Below, piece after piece: positions 7,694-15,256 of a stretch of DNA of 32,000 bases. The translations under genes were made by a program, and so were the position numbers. Location of the stretch: positions 180,001 to 212,000 of the forward strand of contig NC_021219.1 of NCBI RefSeq assembly GCF_000392435.1, written 5' to 3'. Origin of the DNA: Candidatus Saccharimonas aalborgensis. GTDB lineage: Bacteria > Patescibacteriota > Saccharimonadia > Saccharimonadales > Saccharimonadaceae. The notes below the pieces were generated by a model that was not told the origin of the DNA, did not search any database, and worked only from the letters and a program-made list of their open reading frames with translations. How positions within the stretch are numbered: the stretch's first letter is position 1; each line of letters opens with the position of its first letter.

Positions 7694-8716
7694 ATGGCAT
7701 ACGAAGTGAAAACGGTTGAATCAAAAGAGCAATGGGATTCGTTCGTCACATCACACCCCGAGGCCAACTTCCTGCAATCATGGCAGTGGGGAGAGTTTCA
7801 TACATCGCGTAGCAAAACGATCGTCCGTCGCGGTATCTACGATGACAACAAGCTTGTCGCCGTCTACACCGGACATGTCGAGCCAGCGCGTCGTGGGATT
7901 CATTTGGAAATTGCAGGTGGCCCTATCGTAGACTGGCAAAATCAGTCTCTCGTAGAGAAAGTATTTGCAGACATTGCAGATATGGCAAAAAGACTTGGCT
8001 GTGTCTATGTGCGAATCCGGCCTCAACTCCTCGATAGTCCAACCGCTCGGCATCAATTTGGCAATCTTGGTCTCAAAAAAGCGCCAATGTATCTGAGTGT
8101 GGAGCTAGCAGGTGTGATCGACCTCACAAAAACCGACCAGGAAATACTGCAGGGGATGCGCCAGCGTCTCCGACGGGCCCTCCGAAAAGCAGAAAAGAAT
8201 ACTATCACCGTCGAAAAAAGTACTGATCCTGCGGCGATAAAAGAGTTCTATAAGATTCAGCTTCAAACTGCAGGACGACATCAATTTGTAGCATTCTCGG
8301 AAGACTTCCTCACCAAGCAATTTGCAGCATTTGCAAAAGATAATTCGGCAGTCCTCTATACCGCAAAGTACCAGGGAGAGATACTTGCTCAAAACTTTAT
8401 GATATTTTATGGCAATGAAGCCTCCTACCATTATGGGGTTAGCACCGAACTCGGCACGACACTCTCTGGTGCACCACTGCTACATCTCCAGGCAATGCGC
8501 GATGCTCGCGAGCGAGGTATAACTCGTTATAACTTCTGGGGTATTGTTGACGAGACCGATACTAACCATCGATTTTACGGTGTGAGTGTCTTTAAACGCG
8601 GCTTTGGAGTTGAAGAGCTACGATACCTACCAGCCCATGATCTGATCATCAACCGCACCGCTTACCTAAAGACAAAGCTTATCGAGACGACCCGTCGAAA
8701 GATCCGACGTGTCTAA
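7694..8716 (+). CDS. FemAB-family (FemX-like) aminoacyl-tRNA-dependent peptidyltransferase, copy 2
   Basis: EANFLQSWQWGE, RRGIHLEIAGGP, VYVRIRPQ, NFWGI, FKRGFG. 340 aa. ATG immediately follows the upstream TAA. Confidence 0.8.
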   Translation: MAYEVKTVESKEQWDSFVTSHPEANFLQSWQWGEFHTSRSKTIVRRGIYDDNKLVAVYTGHVEPARRGIHLEIAGGPIVDWQNQSLVEKVFADIADMAKRLGCVYVRIRPQLLDSPTARHQFGNLGLKKAPMYLSVELAGVIDLTKTDQEILQGMRQRLRRALRKAEKNTITVEKSTDPAAIKEFYKIQLQTAGRHQFVAFSEDFLTKQFAAFAKDNSAVLYTAKYQGEILAQNFMIFYGNEASYHYGVSTELGTTLSGAPLLHLQAMRDARERGITRYNFWGIVDETDTNHRFYGVSVFKRGFGVEELRYLPAHDLIINRTAYLKTKLIETTRRKIRRV

Positions 8717-8736
8717 ACGCTGCTACTTACTGCTCA

Positions 8737-8745
8737 TGCTATAAT
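8737..8745 (+). promoter_or_regulatory. extended -10 element TGCTATAAT, 8 nt upstream of GTG 8754
   Basis: Read directly: TGCTATAATgatctctaGTG. Confidence 0.45.
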
Positions 8746-8753
8746 GATCTCTA

Positions 8754-9890
8754 GTGAAACATATCTATGAGATACCGGTGGCACCCTGGCTCGCTACATT
8801 GAGTACAAAAATTGGTATGCCGATCACGCTCGCAACTATTCCAGAGGATGTTGTCGAGCAGATAGTCTCTTATCACATGGATACGGTATGGCTGATGGGG
8901 GTATGGCAACGCAGTGAAGTAGCGGCCGAGATTAGTCGAGCTGATGAGCAACTCTGGCACGAGGTTGTCGGAATCCTCCCCGACGCCACCAAAGACGATA
9001 TCATAGGATCGGCCTATGCAGTAAAAGCCTATCGTGTTGACCAACGATTCGGCGGCGAAGATGGTTTGGCGATTTTTCGAGAGCAGTTGCGTGCCCGCGG
9101 TGTCAAGCTTCTGCTCGATTTTGTCCCCAATCACACGTCATTTGATGCACCATGGCTAAAGACAGACCCCGAGTATTACATTGCCGCTCGCCGAGATGAT
9201 GCCAACGAACACCCTGAGCGCTACTACCAAACGGAGCAAGTCTGTATTGCCAAAGGTGCCGACCCAAACCTGCCACCATGGCCTGACGTCGCTCAGGTAA
9301 ACGCCTTTTCGTCAGCATACCGCCTTGAGAGCAGTCTGACTCTGCAATATATCGCCAGTCTCTGTGATGGTGTACGCTGTGATATGGCGATGCTTCTCCT
9401 GAACGACGTCGTCGAACATACTTGGGCCGAAAAAGCGGGTCAACGACCCACTGAAGAATACTGGTCAGAGGTTATTGGCTCGGTAAAGGCGCTTTATCCA
9501 TCATTTATTTTTATTGCTGAGTGCTACTGGGACACGGAACGCACTCTCCTAGAGCTGGGCTTTGATTACTGTTATGACAAACGTCTTTACGATGCTATGG
9601 TTGCTCGCGATGAGAGCGCTATCGATAATCGTCTCAGTGTACTGTCGGATGTCGCACCCCATCTGGTGTACTTCCTCGAGAATCATGATGAAGCGCGAGC
9701 AGCGACCGTCTTTAGTCCAGATGAGCAGACGCGGTATGCCCGAAAAATTATTACATCGCCAGGAGTTTGCTTATGGTATGATGGCCAATTTGTCGGCAAT
9801 CAGGCGAAGCTTCCTACCCATATTGGACGTGCACCGATCGAAAAGCCAAACGACGAAATTTGCGATATTTACAGAGAGTTACTCGTCTAA
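8754..9890 (+). CDS. GH13 alpha-amylase-family glycoside hydrolase (catalytic domain only)
   Basis: GH13 regions I-IV: DFVPNH, GVRCDMA, IAECYW, FLENHDE. GTG start. Confidence 0.8.
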   Translation: MKHIYEIPVAPWLATLSTKIGMPITLATIPEDVVEQIVSYHMDTVWLMGVWQRSEVAAEISRADEQLWHEVVGILPDATKDDIIGSAYAVKAYRVDQRFGGEDGLAIFREQLRARGVKLLLDFVPNHTSFDAPWLKTDPEYYIAARRDDANEHPERYYQTEQVCIAKGADPNLPPWPDVAQVNAFSSAYRLESSLTLQYIASLCDGVRCDMAMLLLNDVVEHTWAEKAGQRPTEEYWSEVIGSVKALYPSFIFIAECYWDTERTLLELGFDYCYDKRLYDAMVARDESAIDNRLSVLSDVAPHLVYFLENHDEARAATVFSPDEQTRYARKIITSPGVCLWYDGQFVGNQAKLPTHIGRAPIEKPNDEICDIYRELLV

Positions 9891-11537
9891 ATCTTTTTTC
9901 AGCGGGTGCTCACTACACTCGACAATGACACCCTCGAACGGGCGCAACATGATTGTGCCGTCTTCGGCAATTTCCGGATAATCAACCGGATGCGTACAAC
10001 ACAGAATACGTCCTTTATGTGGAAGTTTCACCGTATTATCAAGTCGTCCGAAATTGAGAGCAACGTAGATATGCTGATCACCCAACCAGCGAGCATACGA
10101 GAATACATCGGCCTCAAGCTCGCCAATCGCCTCATAGGTACCAGTCCGCAAAATCTCATAACGGCTTCTCATGCGCAGGAGTCGACGATATAGTGACAAA
10201 AAAGAGTCGGCTTCGTGTTGTTGTGTTTCAACATTGTGATGTCGTACAGACTCCCCTAATGGTAACCAGGGTTTTGCCTTACTAAATCCTGCATATTGAC
10301 CCGTCTGCCACTGCATTGGTGTCCGCTCTGGATCACGCGTCGAATCGATATCTCCTGATGTAAACGCTCGTAGGTCTTGGATATCCTCCTGTTTAACTGG
10401 GGTATTGGGCATACCCAATTCGTCACCATAGTACACCGTCGGCAAACCGGGTAGTGACAGAAGGAGGAGTGCCATCAAACGGGCCTGCTCATCACCGCCC
10501 ATTCTTGAGACTAACCGTGATTGGTCGTGATTACCAAAGCAGTACACGGGTGTATGCTCATCGGGATCAAGCATTCCCTGAAACTCAGTGATAAATGTGC
10601 GGAACGCATCGGCATAAAAGTCGGTCCACACGCCCTCGAAGTTAAATGGCATCGCTACTTTAGGATTGACACCATAAAAGCCAAGGTATTGCTCTTTTGT
10701 GCTGTAATTGGCGTCAGGATAGTCTTCGAATATCATGATACGATTATCGTATTCGGCAACAACATCAGTAAGCTCACGAAGATAGGGGAAAAGATTTTTC
10801 CAGAAACGACTATATTTATGAATGTAGTGGTTGTACTCACCCTCTGTCCCGTCCATCGCCTTTCTGACAATTTCTGTCAAAGGATCGTTTCGGAACTTCG
10901 GGTCTTTACTTAGCCAGCGTACCGCGTCCGCGCGAATACCATCGATACCGAGATCGAGCCAAAAGCGTACCACGCGTTTCATTTCATCGCGTACCATAGG
11001 GTTGTCCCAATTAAGATCGGGTTGCGCCGCCAGAAAGGTGTGGAGATAGTATTGGTTACGACCATCATCATACTCCCAGGCAGAGCCCCCAAAAATACTC
11101 AGCCAATTGTTTGGTGGACCACCTCCAGGAGCGGGATCTCGCCATGTGTAATACTCTGCGTAAGGTCCCTTTCTTGATTTACGTGATTCCTTAAACCATT
11201 CATGCTGGTCACTGGTGTGATTTGGCACAAAATCGATCATGACGTTTATATTTCGTGCATGCGCTTTCTCGATGAGCTCCTTAAAATCATCTAGCGTCCC
11301 AAATAGTGGATCAATATCACAGTAGTCGCTCACGTCATAGCCCATATCTGCCATCGGTGAAGGAAATATCGGTGAAAACCATATTGCATCAATATCCAGC
11401 GAATCTTTTTGGCCTTTTATGTAGTCCAGACGGTCGATAACACCCCGAATGTCACCTACACCGTCGTTATTCGCATCCATGAAACTACGTGGGTATATCT
11501 GATATATTGCGTTCACATCTCGCCAAGAAAGACTCAT
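9879..11537 (-). CDS. GH13 alpha-glucosidase (oligo-1,6-glucosidase / trehalose-6-phosphate hydrolase subfamily)
   Basis: YQIYPRSF, NNDGVGDIRG, DFVPNHTSDQHEWF, GIRADAV, FGNHDQSR. 552 aa. Confidence 0.9.
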   Translation of the reverse strand: MSLSWRDVNAIYQIYPRSFMDANNDGVGDIRGVIDRLDYIKGQKDSLDIDAIWFSPIFPSPMADMGYDVSDYCDIDPLFGTLDDFKELIEKAHARNINVMIDFVPNHTSDQHEWFKESRKSRKGPYAEYYTWRDPAPGGGPPNNWLSIFGGSAWEYDDGRNQYYLHTFLAAQPDLNWDNPMVRDEMKRVVRFWLDLGIDGIRADAVRWLSKDPKFRNDPLTEIVRKAMDGTEGEYNHYIHKYSRFWKNLFPYLRELTDVVAEYDNRIMIFEDYPDANYSTKEQYLGFYGVNPKVAMPFNFEGVWTDFYADAFRTFITEFQGMLDPDEHTPVYCFGNHDQSRLVSRMGGDEQARLMALLLLSLPGLPTVYYGDELGMPNTPVKQEDIQDLRAFTSGDIDSTRDPERTPMQWQTGQYAGFSKAKPWLPLGESVRHHNVETQQHEADSFLSLYRRLLRMRSRYEILRTGTYEAIGELEADVFSYARWLGDQHIYVALNFGRLDNTVKLPHKGRILCCTHPVDYPEIAEDGTIMLRPFEGVIVECSEHPLKKDLDE

Positions 11538-13144
11538 TGCTTTTCTCCTTCATCATCCAACGCTGCATAGACGCCGTTTGTCCAGCCAAAGCCATCCTGA
11601 ACCTCATACTCTCCGCCACCACCCAGTTCTCCGGGATGAACGACGTTGTATTTTTCAATCATTTTTTGATACTTTGCATACACTAAGTCGTTTGCGAGTA
11701 GCCAACGGCGTCGAATTTCATTGGCAAGTTCATGATACCCATATTCCCTCAGGCCGTGGATTGCCACCCACTGAAGAGGCGCCCAGCCATTTGGTGCATC
11801 CCACTGCTGTCCGCTTGTAACAAGGGTTGTTACAAGTCCACCGGGCTTCAGAAAGTCGGTTTCAATTCGCTTCGCTAAAAAGGCTGCTTGCTCCTTCGTA
11901 GCAATTTTTGTATAGAGAGGAAACAATCCTGCCAAGGTTACTCGTCCGCTTGAATTATATGTCGACGTGTCATAATCACAAAAAAACCGTTCCGATTCAT
12001 CCCAGCAATATCGCCGAATAGTCTCTGCTCGCCGCTCAGCAGCTTTTCGAAACGACGTAGCCAGGAGGGGCTGCTTGATAAGTGTGTAGGCTTCTGCGAT
12101 GGTGGATTCAAGCGTATAAAGCATACTGTTGAGGTCAATTGCCGCCATGTTTGTGGTCTGAATTGATTGAATTTCATCCGCCACGCGAAACCAGCGTGAG
12201 CTAAAATCCCAACCACTCTCAGCGCCTGCCCGTAAGTTAAGATAGAGCTGTTCTTTAGCGTTCTCGTCACTGATATTCTGAGCTGTTTGTCGGTCCTCAC
12301 GGCTCATCTCGGGACGTGGTGTGTGCCTATCATCAAAGTATCGCCCAAGCAGCGCACCGTTTGGCATCCGTACTAATCGATTGTGGAGCGTTGGGGTGCT
12401 CTGCTTCATCGCCTCCCGTCGTCCGTGCGTCCAAAAACGGTATTCGATAAGCAAATATGGAAGGAACTCAGCGTATGTCCGCGTGCGCCCCCTACGCTTC
12501 GCTAGCAATATTATCATTTGAGCAAAAAACGGCGGCTGGGAGCGACTAAGGAAATAGCTGCGGCTAGCATTGGGGATCCTCCCATACTTTCGTAGCATAT
12601 AGGCATGGTTTCGTACCATACCAAGAAGTATGTCCCACTTATCGTCAGCAGCAAGACCGAGCATGATAAAGTAACTATCCCAATAAAACTGTTCGTCAAA
12701 CCTTCCCCCCGGCACGACATACGTATAGGGGAGTGCGAGTAACGAACCGTGTTGTTTTCTATTGGTACGTTCTAGGTAGGGCCATAGTTGCCGTATATGT
12801 TCACGCGCAGTCGCCGCAGTAGCAGGCAAACTCCCTGACTTCTTGTTTAGGATAGGCTGTGCCTCAAAGTTAGTATCTACGAAGTCCTTGAGGGAAAAAC
12901 CAGCCTGTTGCCGCTGCACTTCATATTGTTTTTTTATTTTTTTGCCCTTTGGAACCATATCAACAAATCGTTTTCCATCGCCCAAAACTTGAGTAACTTG
13001 AACATCTTTAAGAAGATCACCATAGCTATCCTCGGGACTCTGAGGCGTTCGGCCCAGGGTACCCGCCACTGCAACATATGTCGATTTCACTTTTTCGACA
13101 TGACGGCGAGATGTTTGTTTTTTTCGCAAAATGCGCCTAAACAT
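11534..13144 (-). CDS. trehalase (GH37)
   Basis: Both trehalase signatures are present: PGGRFDEQFYWDSYF and QWDAPNGWAPLQW. Its stop overlaps the downstream start (ATGA). Confidence 0.9.
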   Translation of the reverse strand: MFRRILRKKQTSRRHVEKVKSTYVAVAGTLGRTPQSPEDSYGDLLKDVQVTQVLGDGKRFVDMVPKGKKIKKQYEVQRQQAGFSLKDFVDTNFEAQPILNKKSGSLPATAATAREHIRQLWPYLERTNRKQHGSLLALPYTYVVPGGRFDEQFYWDSYFIMLGLAADDKWDILLGMVRNHAYMLRKYGRIPNASRSYFLSRSQPPFFAQMIILLAKRRGRTRTYAEFLPYLLIEYRFWTHGRREAMKQSTPTLHNRLVRMPNGALLGRYFDDRHTPRPEMSREDRQTAQNISDENAKEQLYLNLRAGAESGWDFSSRWFRVADEIQSIQTTNMAAIDLNSMLYTLESTIAEAYTLIKQPLLATSFRKAAERRAETIRRYCWDESERFFCDYDTSTYNSSGRVTLAGLFPLYTKIATKEQAAFLAKRIETDFLKPGGLVTTLVTSGQQWDAPNGWAPLQWVAIHGLREYGYHELANEIRRRWLLANDLVYAKYQKMIEKYNVVHPGELGGGGEYEVQDGFGWTNGVYAALDDEGEKQ

Positions 13145-13152
13145 ATCTTACT

Positions 13153-13182
13153 ATTATAGAGGTTACGGCTAGATTCTGGCAA
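13153..13182 (-). promoter_or_regulatory. promoter of the trehalase operon: -35 TTGCCA, 18-nt spacer, -10 TATAAT, 8 nt to the ATG
   Basis: Reverse complement reads TTGCCAgaatctagccgtaacctcTATAATagtaagatATG. Confidence 0.5.
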
Positions 13183-13371
13183 GGTATTTATGAAATGCAA
13201 TGTTATCAACATAAATGCTTGTGTTTTTTGCTACCTCACTGTATATTAGCGACATACACGGTGGTAAACAAAAAAAGGGGATGTCATGAAGACAAAAAAG
13301 AAAATCTACGTTCAATACATTGGCTAGGGCCGTCTTGTCTTAGTAATATGGCCTACGCTATGAAGGAGCTA

Positions 13372-15189
13372 CTATTTGTTAGCTCTTTTTCGTTCGTTTG
13401 GATCGAGTAATTTTTTGCGTAGCCGGAGGGATTTAGGAGTCACTTCGAGAAGCTCATCATTTTCGATAAAGTCGATACACTGTTCGAGACTCAATTCAGT
13501 AAAAGGCGTCAGTTGTACTGTGCCATCACTCGATTTACTGCGCATGTTTGTAAGATGCTTTGCCTTACAAACATTTATCTCTAGGTCTTCTTGGCGAGTA
13601 TAGAGGCCGACAATTTGTCCAGCATACACTTCGACGGCCGGTCCCAGAAATAACTCGCCGCGAGACTCTGCGTTCTCTAGCGCGTAAGGTGTCGTCGTGC
13701 CTGTCTCAAAGGCGATCAAAACTCCCGATCTTGTTTGTGGCAACTTTCCGCCAAGCGGTTGATAACCATGAGGTAAGGAATTCATGACCACCGTCCCCTT
13801 GGTATCAGTAAGCAAAAGATTTCGTAGCCCGATCATAGCCCGTGTCGGCAAATGATACGTAAGTCTCGTCGTACCACTACTGGTCTGTTCCTGCTTGCTC
13901 AGTGCTGCTCGACGCGTACCTAGTTCTTGACTAACTACCCCGACAAATTCAGCGCCGACCTCAATCTGCAATTCTTCAATTGGCTCCTTCTCGACTCCAT
14001 CTTCGGTGATTGTAACAACTTGGGGCCGCCCAACTTCAAACTCGTAGCCCTCACGCCGCATCGTCTCGATAAGCACAGACAGATGTAGCTCACCTCGCCC
14101 AGAAACGGTAAACCCAATTCCCTGCTCCTCAACACGCAGTGCAACATTCGTCTCTAGCTCTTTTTGTAGGCGATCGCCAATCTGACGACTGGTCGTGAAC
14201 TCACCTTCCCTTCCCTTAAAGGGGCTGGTATTGGGACCCAGAAACATACTCAATGTCGGCGCTTCTATCGAGATGGTTGGCAACGCCTCAGGCTCATCCT
14301 TGTCAGCAATCGTATCGCCGATATGTGCACCAGACGCGCCAGTTACAGCAACAATATCGCCCGCGACCGCTTCGTCGATCTCTTCACGCAGCAGCCCACG
14401 GTAGCTAAAGAGCACGTCAATCCGTGCCGGAGAAGCAACGTCATTTTTGATAATAACGACGCTTTGCCCCTTTCGTGCCTTACCGCGTGAGATTTTCCCG
14501 ATAGCATATTTCCCTAAGAAGGAATCGTATTGAAGCGCAGTGACGAGGAGTTGCAGCCCACCATCTTCACTCACGCGTGGTGCAGGAATATCATTTATAA
14601 TTGCTTGAAATATTGGCTCTAAGTCAGCATGCTCACTAGGATTCTCCGGTACTCCTACCCAGGCCTTTCCTTCTCTCCCGATTGCATAATACACAGGATA
14701 GTGAAGCTGAGAGTCATCTGTTGCTAATTCCAAAAAGAGATTAGCAAGTTCATCTTCTACTTCGGCAATACGTCGTGCCGGCTTATCAATTTTATTTATA
14801 ACAACAACAGGCTTGAGTCCCAACTCTAGTGCTTTGCTGAGCACAAATTTCGTCTGCGGCATGGGGCCTTCCTGCGAATCAACAATCAGTAGTACACCGT
14901 CGGCCATATTGAGGGTGCGCTCAACTTCACCGCTGAAATCGGCGTGACCAGGTGTATCGATAATGTTGATTTTGTACTCACCGTGATAAATTGACGTCTG
15001 TTTCGCCGTGATAGTGATACCGCGCTCATGTTCCTGATCGCCGCTGTCCATGATGAGTGTTTGGCTCATTTCTGCTTGATTATCACGAAATGTATTGCTC
15101 TGCTTGAGCAGGCCGTCAACAAGTGTTGTCTTACCATGGTCCACGTGGGCAATGATAGCAACGTTTCGAATCAATGAGGCATTTTTCAT
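13372..15189 (-). CDS. typA: translational GTPase TypA/BipA
   Basis: AIIAHVDHGKTTLVD, DTPGHADF, NKIDK. 605 aa with EF-G-like domain order. Confidence 0.95.
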   Translation of the reverse strand: MKNASLIRNVAIIAHVDHGKTTLVDGLLKQSNTFRDNQAEMSQTLIMDSGDQEHERGITITAKQTSIYHGEYKINIIDTPGHADFSGEVERTLNMADGVLLIVDSQEGPMPQTKFVLSKALELGLKPVVVINKIDKPARRIAEVEDELANLFLELATDDSQLHYPVYYAIGREGKAWVGVPENPSEHADLEPIFQAIINDIPAPRVSEDGGLQLLVTALQYDSFLGKYAIGKISRGKARKGQSVVIIKNDVASPARIDVLFSYRGLLREEIDEAVAGDIVAVTGASGAHIGDTIADKDEPEALPTISIEAPTLSMFLGPNTSPFKGREGEFTTSRQIGDRLQKELETNVALRVEEQGIGFTVSGRGELHLSVLIETMRREGYEFEVGRPQVVTITEDGVEKEPIEELQIEVGAEFVGVVSQELGTRRAALSKQEQTSSGTTRLTYHLPTRAMIGLRNLLLTDTKGTVVMNSLPHGYQPLGGKLPQTRSGVLIAFETGTTTPYALENAESRGELFLGPAVEVYAGQIVGLYTRQEDLEINVCKAKHLTNMRSKSSDGTVQLTPFTELSLEQCIDFIENDELLEVTPKSLRLRKKLLDPNERKRANK

Positions 15190-15225
15190 AAAAATATGGT
15201 CTGACTTCAGACCTTCCTAGTGTCC

Positions 15226-15234
15226 ATCATAGCA
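15226..15234 (-). promoter_or_regulatory. extended -10 element TGCTATGAT for typA (about 30-nt leader with a hairpin)
   Basis: Reverse complement of 15187..15234 reads TGCTATGATggacactaggaaGGTCTGAagTCAGACCatatttttATG. Confidence 0.45.
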
Positions 15235-15243
15235 TAAATACGG

Positions 15244-15249
15244 TATCAT
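15244..15249 (+). promoter_or_regulatory. -10-like TATCAT, 7 nt upstream of ATG 15257 (leaderless configuration)
   Basis: Read directly: TATCATagaaagcATG. Confidence 0.3.
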
Positions 15250-15256
15250 AGAAAGC

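Noticed and set aside
13195-13410. 71-aa plus-strand ORF in the typA-trehalase spacer; also whether the 230-nt spacer hides an ncRNA.
   Set aside because: The ORF is Cys/Leu-rich with no SD or promoter, and it overlaps the typA 3' end. The spacer shows only weak hairpins (TAGGCC/GGCCCTA, ATGTT/AACAT) plus the trehalase promoter. I could support nothing beyond that.
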